From Candidatus Marinacidobacterales bacterium (GTDB taxonomy: Bacteria > Acidobacteriota > Vicinamibacteria > Marinacidobacterales > DATDRI01), in assembly GCA_965226495.1 (NCBI GenBank), contig OZ245365.1, positions 2,592,001 through 2,656,000 of the forward strand: 64,000 bases of DNA, read 5' to 3'. Shown in pieces: positions 27,203 to 38,120 of the stretch. The position numbers were made by a program, and so were the translations under genes. How positions within the stretch are numbered: position 1 is the first letter of the stretch; the number at the start of each line of letters is the position of its first letter. The notes beneath the pieces are model-generated. The model was not told the DNA's origin and searched no databases. It saw only the letters and a program-made list of their open reading frames with translations.

Positions 27203-28375
27203 TCATTCGGCCTTCACGATCAGGTGCTCGATCTCTTTCAACGCAGCAATGAGAAATTCGATGTCCTCCGGCGTGTTGTAGTAGTGGAAAGCGGCGCGGA
27301 TGTTCCCTTCGCGGCCGGTGATGACGATGTCCCGCTTGCCGAGCTCACCCAATACGGCCGGCAAATCGTGACACGAAACAGAAACATGGGGCCCTCGTTT
27401 TGCCGGGTCACGGGGTGTCGCCACGAAGAAACCTTCCTCAGTACAGCGATCGATGAAGTGCGCGGTTAGCGCCTCAATCCAAGGACCTATCTTGTCTAGG
27501 CCAACCGACTTGATGAGCTCGATGCCTGCCAGACTATCGAATATCGCAGGGAACGCCGCGGAGCCCATCTGAAAACGGCGCGCGTCGGGCGCCTCTTTGT
27601 TTCGTTCGATTTGAAAATCGTTGAAGTCTTCCTGTCCGAACCATCCCGTGGCTGCGGGGTGCAGGCGGTCGAAGAGTCCCTCGCGCACGTAGAGTAGCGC
27701 CAGACCTGGTGAGCCGAACAAATATTTGACCGTACCGGTCATCAGAATATCGGCACCCATCTCTTGAACGTCGATGGGCCGGGTCCCACAACATTGGTAG
27801 TCGTCCACCACGAACAGGATGTCGTGCGCACGGCACTTTTCCGCGACCGCCTGCAGATTCAACCGATGGGCGGTGTTGTAGTAGACGTGCGACACCGTCA
27901 GAAGCTGGACCTTCTCATCGAGGATGTCGTCGAAGGCTTCCGGGGGCAGTTCTCCGTTCCGCGACCGCGCCCGCCTCACCTCGACTCCGCGTGCTTGGTA
28001 GGCCAGCCACAAGTACACCACCGACGGGAAGCTGAACTCGTCGAACGCGACCGCTGGGCGATCTCGCCAATCGAAACAAGACGCCAGTCCCCCCATCGCG
28101 GCCGTCACCGACGGAACGATGGCGATCTCGGACATCTTTGCGCCGATCATGTCGGCGAACGACGCGCGTAGCTCCTCGTGCTTCGCGGCCCATTTTGCCC
28201 AGGGAGCCCCCTCCTGGTCCCAAGCGTCCATGTACTCCTGCACCGACTTCATTCCGTCCCGGCTGAGCGCGCTTCGTGAGTTGTTGGCAAGATGGACCTT
28301 GTGCGCCAAGATCGGGAACTCTTTACGAAAAGTGAGGACTTCCTGGGGGGCGGTCACCACCGTGCTTTCGGGCAT
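27203..28375 (-). CDS. Class V PLP enzyme, kynureninase/cysteine desulfurase-like
   Basis: FRKEFPIL, FPSV.Y.W, VVDDYQ, TGTVKYLFGSPG, GWFG, HYYNT.ED. Confidence 0.85.
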   Translation of the reverse strand: MPESTVVTAPQEVLTFRKEFPILAHKVHLANNSRSALSRDGMKSVQEYMDAWDQEGAPWAKWAAKHEELRASFADMIGAKMSEIAIVPSVTAAMGGLASCFDWRDRPAVAFDEFSFPSVVYLWLAYQARGVEVRRARSRNGELPPEAFDDILDEKVQLLTVSHVYYNTAHRLNLQAVAEKCRAHDILFVVDDYQCCGTRPIDVQEMGADILMTGTVKYLFGSPGLALLYVREGLFDRLHPAATGWFGQEDFNDFQIERNKEAPDARRFQMGSAAFPAIFDSLAGIELIKSVGLDKIGPWIEALTAHFIDRCTEEGFFVATPRDPAKRGPHVSVSCHDLPAVLGELGKRDIVITGREGNIRAAFHYYNTPEDIEFLIAALKEIEHLIVKAE

Positions 28376-28458
28376 TCTCTCTCCTTGAAATTCGCGAACA
28401 TCACGGAATCGCCGTCATTGTAGACCAAGGTGTGAGCGCCCACCAATGAAGGCCGGGA

Positions 28459-30300
28459 TCACAAAGTGGTGAGACCCACACGGCGCGCCAGCTCGGAGAA
28501 TCGAGGATCGTTCTTTATTGGCGCCAGCCGCCAGTCGATGTTCATGCGTGACGTCACGAAGATCCGTTCGGCATAAGCTTCCTCTAGCGCGGCAAATGCT
28601 AGCTCCGTCTCTCCGAGCGAGGCGTGGATTGCTGCGACATGATACGGAGATAAATATTGGCGCGGCGCCTCCCGCTGAAGCTCCTCAAAAATGGCCCGTG
28701 CTTCCGCGGTTGCTCCGCTCTGTGCTCGAACGCAAGCGAGCGAGGTGCGATCTCCGGCTGCCTCGAAGAGATCGGCGGCTCTCCCCCAGTCACCCACCGC
28801 CATCAGAGTGTCCCCTAGACTTATCCGGGCTTGGTCGAAATCCGCAGCCAGCTCGAGCGTCTTCTCCAAATGGGCGACCGCTTCCTCGAGGCGACCGGCA
28901 TGATGAAGGGAATCTCCGAGAACCACGTTCGTCATCAGCCCGGTCGGATCGAGCTCCCAGGCCTTTCGGCGCAAAGCCAGGCTCTCCTCGAAGCGGCCGT
29001 GCGATTCAAGTAAAAAGCCGTACCACATATAAGAGATTGGAAAGTTCGGGTTCAGTTCAATCGCCCTCTGATAGGCTCCCTCTTCACCCTCCCAGTTCCA
29101 GTCAGCGCCGTGTAATAGCCCGACCGCCGTGTGGACCTCGGCCAAGGAGTCGTCGAGCTCGAGAGCGCGCAGCACCGCCGCCTTCATCTTTCGGGTGCCC
29201 TCAGCGGAGTCGATGTCCCCCCAAGTGACGAGCGGCGCGTAAGCGTAGGCGATGCCGGCGTAGGCCAGAGCGAACTTCGGATCAAGCTCTGTAGCTCGTT
29301 CGAAGGCGGCGACCGCCTTCAGTAGAGGTTCGGGGCTCCTCTGCTCAAAGAAGTAACGACCGCGCATGTACTGCTCGTAGGCCTCGAAGCTGGGCGTCGG
29401 CTGTTTCGCAAGCCGTGCACTTTCTTCGCTAGTCAGCCGGAGTGAGAGCTTGGCAGCCACCTGTTCAGAAACTCGATCCTGAAGCTCAAAGAGGTCGTTT
29501 ACCTCCTCCTCCTCGAGCACCTCCGCCCACAAGGACTGCTCGTCTTGGACTCGCAGGAGCCGGAGGCTCACCCGCACACGATCGCCCTCTCGCTGCAGAG
29601 TACCCTCTAGCACGTGGTCAACACCAAGCTTGCGCCCGAACTCGATCGAATCGGCGCTTTCCCCAGGGTAGCCGACGACCGCGCTCGTCGGGCGCACGGT
29701 CAGGCTCGAGACGTTGCTCAGCTTGGTGATCAACGTATCCGCCATGCCCAACCCTAGTGGAGCGGCATCTTCGCTAGGATCGAGGTATTGGAACGGCAAG
29801 ATAGCGAGGGAAGGTTTGCTGGGCGCCGGGTCGAAGTCGCTCGCCGGGACCGGTTCTGGAGACGGTGAGAGATGGAACCCAACAAAACCGATTACCATGA
29901 GTGCGGCCACGCCGACCGCGATCCGTTTGCCCCGGCCCGTCTCAGTAACCCCCGGAAGGGCCGCCTCGGTTGAAATCGGCTTGTCGAGAGAACCCACAAA
30001 CCGATAACCGTGGCGTGGGATGGTCTCGATGAATTGGGGTTTCGAGGGGGAGTCGCCAAAGGCGTTCCGCAATTTCAGGATCGCTTTATTGAGACTCGTG
30101 TCGTAGTCGATATGGACATCATCCGGCCATAAACGCTCGCGGAGTTGCTCACGGCTCACGAGCTCACCGGGCCGCTCCACAAGTACAGCGAGCACCTGCA
30201 GTGGCTGGTCCTGGAGTTTGCTCCGGGTGACGCCGCCCTTTTTGACGTCGCCGGACTCTAAATCAATTTCGAAACCCTGGAAACGAATGACGGTCGGCAC
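28459..30300 (-). CDS. CadC/OmpR-type winged-helix regulator with TM segment, TolB-N-like and TPR domains
   Basis: LQDQPLQVL..LVERPGELVSREQLRERLW, IETIPRHGYRF, SLAILPF, TPRs. GTG at 30300 follows a GAGGAGG RBS. Confidence 0.92.
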   Translation of the reverse strand: MPTVIRFQGFEIDLESGDVKKGGVTRSKLQDQPLQVLAVLVERPGELVSREQLRERLWPDDVHIDYDTSLNKAILKLRNAFGDSPSKPQFIETIPRHGYRFVGSLDKPISTEAALPGVTETGRGKRIAVGVAALMVIGFVGFHLSPSPEPVPASDFDPAPSKPSLAILPFQYLDPSEDAAPLGLGMADTLITKLSNVSSLTVRPTSAVVGYPGESADSIEFGRKLGVDHVLEGTLQREGDRVRVSLRLLRVQDEQSLWAEVLEEEEVNDLFELQDRVSEQVAAKLSLRLTSEESARLAKQPTPSFEAYEQYMRGRYFFEQRSPEPLLKAVAAFERATELDPKFALAYAGIAYAYAPLVTWGDIDSAEGTRKMKAAVLRALELDDSLAEVHTAVGLLHGADWNWEGEEGAYQRAIELNPNFPISYMWYGFLLESHGRFEESLALRRKAWELDPTGLMTNVVLGDSLHHAGRLEEAVAHLEKTLELAADFDQARISLGDTLMAVGDWGRAADLFEAAGDRTSLACVRAQSGATAEARAIFEELQREAPRQYLSPYHVAAIHASLGETELAFAALEEAYAERIFVTSRMNIDWRLAPIKNDPRFSELARRVGLTTL

Positions 30301-30664
30301 GAGCCGCCTCCTCGCGGATGGACGAAAACCCCGCGCGGAGCCTATCACGCGATGATAGGCGGCGGGAAATGGCCGCCGGCTAGAGAACACCGCGGGCAAC
30401 TCCCTTCTCGCACAATCACTTACTAGGGAAGAAATATTCCATAAACAAGGAATGGCCGAACCATGGAACGGATTGGGACCCCATCGTAACGTGCCCTCGT
30501 GATGATGGGACCCTCTCCAGCAACCAGGCATGAATCATCCAGAGTTCTGACCGATCTCTAACCCAAAAACGAAAGTCATAAATAATGTCATCGCGATACT
30601 TCTTGGCCGCTTTCTTGCTCAGACTACTGGCGGATTTCAGCACTTCTGCCCGCCGCAGGAATTG

Positions 30665-32064
30665 GGTGATGTCTTAAGATTCCTGTCAAAGAAAAACGAT
30701 GTATGGTTCCCCAAGCTCAAACCCGTCCCCGTCATGGGGACAGAAAAGGAGAACCATACATCATGGGAAAGGTACTACCGAGTCAGCGATTGCTCAAGCA
30801 GTTCGAGGAACAACTGGTATTTGGGGAGATGAATCTCTCGGAGATCGTCCGGTCGGGAGCTCAGATGATGCTTCAATATGCGTTGGAGCGCGAGGTGACG
30901 GAGGCGTTGGGTCGAAACTACTATGAGAACGCTCCGGCAACGACGAAGGAGAAGGGACGACGCAACGGGTATGAGTCGCATCGGGTCCTCACGGGCGAGG
31001 GAGCGGTAACGGTGCAAGTGCCGCAGGTACGAGAAACAGAGAAGGTGTTTCAGTCAAAGATTCTCGACGCCTACGTGAGCCGGACCGAGAAACTCGATGA
31101 ACTGATCGCGCGGATGTACGTCCACGGGATGTCGACGCGTGACATTGAGGCGACGTTCGCGGACGTGCTGAGCGGCACGGGTGTCTCGAAGTCGGTGGTG
31201 AGCCGGGTCACACGGTGTCTGTCGGAGGATTTCGAGGCGTTTCGAAAACGGGATCTCTCGAACGAGAAGCTGTTGTATCTCGAGCTCGACGGCACGTACC
31301 TGCGCTACCACCAAGGAGCGGAGAGGAAAGAGCCCATCCTCGTTGCGACCGGCTATCGCGCTGATGGGACGCGAGTTCTTCTTCATATCGGTGTCGGCAA
31401 CCGAGAATCCTACGAGAACTGGAAGGGGTTCTTGCAGGAGATGGTGGCCCGAGGAATGAGGGAGCCGTTGCTCATCGTGACGGACGGGAATCCTGGAGTG
31501 CTCAAAGCGATCGCAGAGGTCTTCCCTCGAAGCCTCAAGCAACGTTGCCAGAAGCACCGCCTCGAGAACATCCTGGGCAAGGCTCCGAAGGAAGTGCGCG
31601 ACGAACTCAAGGCGGCCATCCTTGAGTCGTTCCATGCGAACAGCTACGAGCAAGGGCTGAAGAAGGGTCGGGAGGTGATCGCTCGGTACCGTCAACGATT
31701 CCCGAGCGCGATGAAGTGCATGGAAGAGACCCTCGAAGCGTGTCTTCAGGCGCTACGCCTTCCTGCGGCGCATCACAAAAGGCTTCGCACGTCGAATCTA
31801 CTTGAGCGCACGTTCGGAGAGCACAAACGTCGCACAAAGGTCATTCCTCACTTCTTCACCGAGGAGGCCGCGATGAAACTCTCGTTCGCTGTGCTCTTGG
31901 CCGTCGCAAACAAATGGCGCGGCGTGAGGATGGATGTCTTCGCCGCTAGGAAAGTCGAGGAGCTTCGCAACGAGCTTCTCCCGCAAGGCACGTCGAAGGA
32001 ATCAGCAGCTTAACCGAGCGCGGGGAACCGTACGGAGATTTGACAGGAAAATTAAGACTTGACC
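30665..32064 (+). mobile_element. IS256-family insertion sequence, intact copy 1 (1400 bp)
   Basis: IRL GGTGATGTCTTAAGATTCCTGTCAAA and IRR rc GGTCAAGTCTTAATTTTCCTGTCAAA match at 22/26. 8-bp TSD AGGAATTG at 30657-30664 and 32065-32072. Confidence 0.95.
30763..32013 (+). CDS. IS256 (mutator-type) transposase
   Basis: RNGY, MYVHGMSTRD, LDGTY, VTDG.PG, QRCQKH, RTSNLLER..EHKRRTK. Confidence 0.96.
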   Translation: MGKVLPSQRLLKQFEEQLVFGEMNLSEIVRSGAQMMLQYALEREVTEALGRNYYENAPATTKEKGRRNGYESHRVLTGEGAVTVQVPQVRETEKVFQSKILDAYVSRTEKLDELIARMYVHGMSTRDIEATFADVLSGTGVSKSVVSRVTRCLSEDFEAFRKRDLSNEKLLYLELDGTYLRYHQGAERKEPILVATGYRADGTRVLLHIGVGNRESYENWKGFLQEMVARGMREPLLIVTDGNPGVLKAIAEVFPRSLKQRCQKHRLENILGKAPKEVRDELKAAILESFHANSYEQGLKKGREVIARYRQRFPSAMKCMEETLEACLQALRLPAAHHKRLRTSNLLERTFGEHKRRTKVIPHFFTEEAAMKLSFAVLLAVANKWRGVRMDVFAARKVEELRNELLPQGTSKESAA

Positions 32065-32340
32065 AGGAATTGATATGGGCCAGGCAGGCGGGTCGTCCGA
32101 CGCCTGATAGTTCTAATGGCGTCCGCTTACACAGCTAAGCGCGCTCGGTTTCATTGTCCACGAATGAAAAACGGAAAAAAACGAAAGGAGCGAACTCATG
32201 CAGTCCAAAAGGAGGGAGTCTCTCCTAGCTTGGCCTATTGCAATGGAACTCAGAAGTAGGCTCCAGTTAGTTTTTTGCGTACTCCTCATACTGGTTGGTT
32301 TATCAGAGCAAAAGGCCTGGGGACAGGCCAGTGTCACTGT

Positions 32341-33367
32341 CTCCGTAGATCCTAGAGCTGCTTTCTTGCATACGAATAGCGACAGCTCAGTTCCTGCGAC
32401 AATCGTAGATCTGGCGACGGAAGGGTTTGCTCCGGGCGACCTGTTGGAGATCACCTACGACTTTCCTCCCCCGGGTTATAGCATTTCCGGTGATTGTGCC
32501 CCAGAGAGGACCCTGCCTGAACAAATACGTCTATTGGGCGTCTTCAGCGGATCCGATACTCTACTCCCGAAGGCCGACTTAGCCCGCGTCCAAGACGCCA
32601 TCGACACCGTGCCTGACTTCACATCGAGTCCAACATTTTTTGGCACACAACCGACGGACATCCCAGAGGATTTCCAGGTCTCTCCGCCCAGCAGTTTCAT
32701 CATTGCAGTTCCCACCGGCGCTACTCATCTTTTCTTGGGGATGCATGACAGCTTTTATCAAGACAACTGTGTCCCTGGAAACAGTGCATCCTTTCCTCCC
32801 TTTGGAGCGGTAATAGTGACCATTAATCCCGCCCCAGTCGTTCAGCCTCCATTCTCCGTGGATCCTAGAGCTGCTTACTTGCATACGAATAACGACAGCC
32901 CAGCTCTTCCGACAATCGTAGATCTGGACGCGGAAGGGTTTGCTCCGGGCGACCTGTTGGAGATCACCTACGACTTTCCTGCCCCAGGTTTTAGCCATAA
33001 CGGTTGTAACTCAGGGTTTAGAACACCTGAACAGGTAGGTCTGCTAGGCGTCTTCAGCGGATCCGCTACTCTGCTCCCGAAGGAGCTCTTAGCACGCGTC
33101 CAAGACGCCATCGACACCGTGCCTGACTTCACATCGAGTCCAACGTTTTTTGGCGGACAACCGACGGACATCCCAGAGGATTTCCAGGTCTCTCCGTCCA
33201 GCAGTTTCATCATCGCAGTTCCCACCGGCGCTACTCACCTTTTCTTGGGGATGCATGACAGCCTTTATTTCGACAACTGTGTCCCTGGAAACAGTGCATC
33301 CTTTCCTCCCGTTGGAGCGGTAATAGTGACCATTAATCCCGCCCCGGTCTGCGTTCAGCCTCCATTC
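32341..33367 (+). repeat. ~510-bp intragenic tandem duplication
   Basis: CTCCGT(A/G)GATCCTAGAGCTGCT at 32341 and 32854. The encoded domains are near-identical except for one loop. Confidence 0.9.
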
Positions 33368-33827
33368 GGCCTGGTCAGTTGGTGGCCGGGTGATGGCGAT
33401 GCTGCAGATATTGTGGGTTCGAATAACGGTACCGTTCATGGTGGGGCGTTCGCAATGGGGTTTGTTGCGTCAGGAACCGGTCAAGCCTTTAGTTTTGATG
33501 GTGTGAGTGATTTTGTCTCGATTCCGGATGCTGCGAACTTAGAACCGCAGAACCTCACGATAGATGCGTGGGTCAAAGCTGAGACGGTAGGAAGTTTCCC
33601 CGATTTTCTGGGGCCCGTAATCATATCGAAGGATGTCCCAGGCGTCGGTGCTTCCTATGCCCTCTTCGGTCCTGGAAATACAGGCCGGTATACAGCCATT
33701 GTCGATACGGATAGCTCGACGCGGGCTCAGGTTTCTAGCATGAACGCATTTGCGTTCCTTAAATTCCATCACGTCGCTATGACGTGGGATGGAAGCGCGC
33801 TCAAGCTTTACGTTAACGGACTGTTAG

Positions 33828-34007
33828 CCCTAATGCAAAATCTTCGAAGCACGAAAACGCGAAACAGGTGGGCGCAGGCGAGAAGCTCGTGCTGGGGCAC
33901 CCGCTCGCCGCCACTATAGGTGATTCTGCACGGTGTATGCAAAACCTCAAGGTGCTATTCACGGGGCCAAAGACCTCAGACACGGTGACGTTTATTTGCG
34001 ATTAGGG
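33828..34007. mobile_element. 180-bp non-autonomous MITE
   Basis: Termini CCCTAATGCAAA and TTTGCGATTAGGG; 4-bp TSD TTAG at 33824-33827 and 34008-34011. Excision restores the reading frame. Confidence 0.85.
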
Positions 34008-35575
34008 TTAGAAGGTACAGCTGATATAGGAGCTCAAACCATACTCCATGGAACCGGTGAAGTGGGCATAGGGAGACATCCTTTTTTCGGCTCTCGGCAT
34101 TTCGACGGGCTCATCGACGAGGTCGAACTCTTCAACCGCGCTTTACTTCCAGAAGAAATCCAGACCATCTTCAATGCTCGCAGCGCGGGGAAGTGCAAGG
34201 CTCCGGAGAACCAGCCGCCGGTATGTGACGCCGGCGGACCCTACATTGTTGAGTGCGAGGGCTTGACAACGACCGTCCTGCTCGACGGGAACGACTCATT
34301 CGATCCTCCTGACGACGGCACTTTGGACTTCAGCTGGGATACCGACTGCCCAGGTGCAACTTTTAGTCCAAACGATGTCAGCCCGATACCGAACCTTAGC
34401 GTTGACGGCTTGGCGAGCTGTGAGGTTACTTTGACAGTCGTGGACGATGAGGGTGCGTCGGGTACGTGCGTGGGAGCGGTGACCGTGGAGGACACGACGG
34501 CGCCCGTGGTCGCGCTCAACGGTCCCTCAGAGCTGGCGCTGGAGTGTGGAGTGGACAGCTACACCGAGCTGGGGGCCACCGCAACGGACGGCTGCGACCA
34601 AAGTGTTACCGTCGCGATCGGAGGTCAGGTCGACGTAGCTACGCCGGGGACCTATGTGATCACCTACGACGCGACCGACGCTTCCGGCAACCAAGCCCAG
34701 CAAGCGGCGCGCATCGTTAACGTGGTCGACACGACGGTGCCCGTGGTCTCGAACACGATCGGCTCTCCGAATCCGGTTGCAGTGAACACGTCGTTCAGTA
34801 TCACCGCCGACATCGCGGATCTGTGCTCGAACGTCGACTCGGCTGAATACAGTCTCGACAACGGCGTTTCCTTCCAACCGATGGATCCCATCACGCCAGC
34901 TTCGAGCGTGAACCCATCGGTCACCGTGGTTGGTGGCATCCCTAACCCGACGCTGCTGTCCATCTGCGTGCGAGGTACGGATGAGGCCGGCAACGTCAGC
35001 GATGCGGAGTGCAGCTTCCTGCCCGTTTACGACCCTAACGGCGGTTTCGTTACCGGTGGCGGTTGGATCGACTCACCCTTTGGCGCTTACGTTCCGGAGT
35101 CGACATTTGTGGGCAAGGCTAACTTCGGCTTCGTTTCCAAGTACAAGAAAGACCAGAGCACGCCCAGCGGTCAGACCGAGTTCCAGTTCAAAGCCGGCAA
35201 CCTGAACTTCCACTCCGGCACTTACGAGTGGCTTGTCCTGGCCGGGCACAAGGCCATGTACAAAGGTACGGGCACTATCAACGGCGGTGGCAACTACGGT
35301 TTTATGCTGAGCGCCATCGACGCCGACTTGACGCCGAGTGTCGACGACGACCAGTTCCGCATCAAGATCTGGGACAAGGGCAACAACGACGCAGTCGTCT
35401 ATGACAACCAGATAGGTGCGGCCGACGACGACGATCCAACCACCACGATAGGCGGCGGCAACATCAAGATCCACAAAAGGAAGTAGCCCTTGAACTGCAC
35501 TCGGTCGAGATAGCAACGTTTGGCCGATGCGTCGAAGGGATTCGATGGATTGCCCCTCCTCCCAGCCGGGGCTAG

Positions 35576-37074
35576 CAGCCCGTTGAAAAAGTCGTATTCG
35601 GCCGCGATATTTCTCTGAAGACTCATTCGATGACGATGTAAAATTGCATCGCATGTCGATGAAGAAGAAAAAGAAAAGTCGCCAAGAGACTTTATGGATT
35701 CCACACGATGCGGTTGCGTCGAGTCCTGGTCACCCTTTTTATGAGGAACTCGAGCGGGTACTTCGAGAGGAAGAGTTTGACTCGTTTGTGGAGTCGAAAT
35801 GCTCGCCGTATTACGCGAAGAAGCAAGGTCGGCCGAGCATACCGCCGGGTGTGTATTTTCGAATGCTGTTGATCGGCTACTTTGAGCGCATCGATTCAGA
35901 GCGCGGGATCTGCTGGCGGTGTTCGGACTCACTGTCTTTGCGCCAGTTTCTTGGCCTTGGAATGGAAGAGCGAACGCCGGACCATTCGTCGCTGTCTCGG
36001 ATACGGAATCGACTTCCGCTGGAAGTTCACGAATCTGTATTTGGATGGGTGCTAGAAATTCTAGCGTCGAGAGGGATGATAGATGGCAAGACACTGGGTG
36101 TGGACGCGACGACGCTGGAAGCGAATGCGGCGCTTCGGTCAATCGTTCGTCGAGACACGGGGGAAAGCTACGAATCGTATTTGAAGGAGCTTGCGCGCAA
36201 GAGTGGTATCGAAGAGCCGAGCCGAGCGGACATTGCGAAGTTGGACAAGAAGCGGCCAAAGAAAGGGTCGAACAAGGAGTGGGTGAATCCGAACGAGCCG
36301 GATGCGGAGATCATGAAAATGAAGAGCGGGGGCACGGATATGGCGCACAAAGCCGAGCATGCTGTGGACATGAGCGGGGAAGGTGCGGTAATTGCCGTGA
36401 CGCTTCACGGAGGCGCGAAGGGTGACACAAAGAGCCTACCGGATACGCTGGAAAAAGCGCAGTCAAATCTGCAAGAGCTCGCGAACAACGCGGAATATTG
36501 TGAACGAATACATGAAGACGCGGGTCGCGAAGTGGTCGGGGACAAGGGCTATCACGGCAACGACATCCTGGTTGAGCTGGTCGAACAAGAATACCGGAGC
36601 TACATTTCGGAGCCAGAGCGAGGTGGCCGCAAATGGAAGGACAAACAGGCCTGCAAGCCGCCACCTACGCGAACCGACGTCGCATTCGCGGGACTCGAGG
36701 TAAGCGATTAATACGCCGTCGCGGCGAGTTACTCGAACGACCTTTCGCGCAACTACCTCGAAGCGGGAGGCATGCGACGAACGCATTTGCGAAGACACGA
36801 AAATATACTCGAGCGCCTTCACGCACGTGGCCGGATTCAATCTCGGGATTCTGATGCGCAATCTCATCGGCAAGGCCACGCCGAAGGAATACGCGGAGCT
36901 CAACGCCAGTCTGATCGCTGCTTTATTGCGCTTCGTCTCGACCATAGGCGCACGTTTTGCCCCGCTGCAATCCATTGGGCGTCTCAACTTGGCCGTTCCG
37001 CCGAATCACATCTTCCTTGAACTTGCCCACCAAACTTTCTCCGTGAGCAGAATCGGGACTTTTTCACCGGGCTG
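35576..37074 (+). mobile_element. IS1182/IS5-like insertion sequence (1499 bp)
   Basis: IRs CAGCCCGTTGAAAAAGTC and rc CAGCCCGGTGAAAAAGTC match at 17/18. CTAG TSD at 35572-35575 and 37075-37078. Confidence 0.92.
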
Positions 37075-37078
37075 CTAG
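35653..37078 (+). pseudogene. Frameshifted DDE transposase (DUF772-type N-terminus)
   Basis: GRPSIPPGVYFRMLL, TPDHSSLSR, VDATTLEANA, VGDKGYH. The C-terminus (ERPFA, GGMRRTHLR, AGFNLG) is spread over several frames after ~36650. Confidence 0.85.
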
Positions 37079-37091
37079 GGGGAGGGGCAGT

Positions 37092-38120
37092 TCATGGGCC
37101 AATTGGCACCGTTCGCCAGCCGTCGCTCTCGGTGAACTCTCGGGCGGCGAAGACCCAGATCATTACCTTCTTGTTGGCCCAATAGTCTGGGGTTGCCTGG
37201 GCACGCCGTAGCAGATTGATCCTCGCCGCAGTGGCTCCTGAGCCCCGCACGCCTACGAGGTCGACCGCGAAACCGAGTTCTAGAGCGAGTTGATCGGCGA
37301 GGCCGGCTCCCTCGGCGTGCATGTCACCGCCGGCGTGGAACACCAGCGTGTGACTGTCCCCCAACAAGACGACGGGGCTTGCAGGGCTGGATTCAGTTCC
37401 TACAAAACGCAGCGAGAGTTTTTCCTTGACACGTGAGGGTTCGTCCAAGGCCGTCCACAGGTCGCCGGTAATCTCTACCGTTTTCCACTCACTCTGAAAG
37501 TTTGTTTTTGGGATGTCCCCCAACTCGGTCCGGACCGAGTTGGCAATTTCCTCAGCGGCCAGGACCGTCGCAATCCCCGACCAGTGGGTGTCTTGTTGGC
37601 AATACATGAAACCATTCGAGTGCTCTCGGTTGGAGAGGAACAATGGCGTGAGGTCCAGGACCTTGATGCCCTTCTCACGAAGGAGCTCGTAAAACGCCTG
37701 ATGATGAGTGTCGAGGCGCGGTTGGGTCGCCGCCGCGGGCCGAAGTTTGTCCGGGTAGACGATGGCCTTCGGCGGTACCGGCACGAGCACAAGCTTGACA
37801 CCCATTTCGAGGAGCTGTTTGTGAAAATCGAGGATCGCCGGGAGCGGGTCCGCCCATTCGGGGCGTCGGGCCTTGCTCACCTGGGCTGCGGCCTCTCCCC
37901 AGAACTTCCCCGCGGCGAGGTGGCGCAATTCGGGGCCGAAGAACAACCAGCCCTCATTACCCTCGACGACGATACTTCCCTGCTCCTCGGCTGCCTGAGC
38001 TAGGGCCGACCATTCGGCTAAGACTTCGCTCGATGCGGGAGGTGAAAGGTCTGCGCCGTTGCACGACCCGATCAGCAGAGTCGCGCCCGTCACCAAGGGA
38101 CCGATGCGCAGCAGACTCAT
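37092..38120 (-). CDS. AlgX/AlgJ-family SGNH O-acetyltransferase-like lipoprotein
   Basis: G.EGWLFF, LVPVPPKA, QDTHWS, LLGDSH, FAAREF. Confidence 0.85.
   Translation of the reverse strand: MSLLRIGPLVTGATLLIGSCNGADLSPPASSEVLAEWSALAQAAEEQGSIVVEGNEGWLFFGPELRHLAAGKFWGEAAAQVSKARRPEWADPLPAILDFHKQLLEMGVKLVLVPVPPKAIVYPDKLRPAAATQPRLDTHHQAFYELLREKGIKVLDLTPLFLSNREHSNGFMYCQQDTHWSGIATVLAAEEIANSVRTELGDIPKTNFQSEWKTVEITGDLWTALDEPSRVKEKLSLRFVGTESSPASPVVLLGDSHTLVFHAGGDMHAEGAGLADQLALELGFAVDLVGVRGSGATAARINLLRRAQATPDYWANKKVMIWVFAAREFTESDGWRTVPIGP

Larger units (their letters stand above)
32198..35486 (+). pseudogene. Large secreted modular protein (2x ~170-aa repeat, LamG, PKD-like, DUF5011/Ig-like, C-terminal YDPxGGFVTGGGWI domain) split by a MITE
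   Basis: ORFs 32198-33919 and 33933-35486 rejoin in frame (YVNGLLEGTAD) when 33828-34011 is removed. LamG motifs: LVSWWPGDG, FHHVAMTWDG..LYVNG, FDGLIDEVELFNRAL. Confidence 0.85.

Noticed and set aside
30416-30643. 75-aa minus-strand ORF next to IS256 as a disrupted gene
   Set aside because: No recognisable motif, and no convincing continuation on the other side of the IS.
32040-32090. IS256-derived hybrid promoter for the secreted protein gene
   Set aside because: TTGACA/TTGACC are present in the IR, but there is no -10 element at a suitable spacing.
32341-33367. Diversity-generating retroelement TR/VR pair
   Set aside because: Both copies are in-frame coding domains, the differences include indels and non-adenine positions, and there is no reverse transcriptase.
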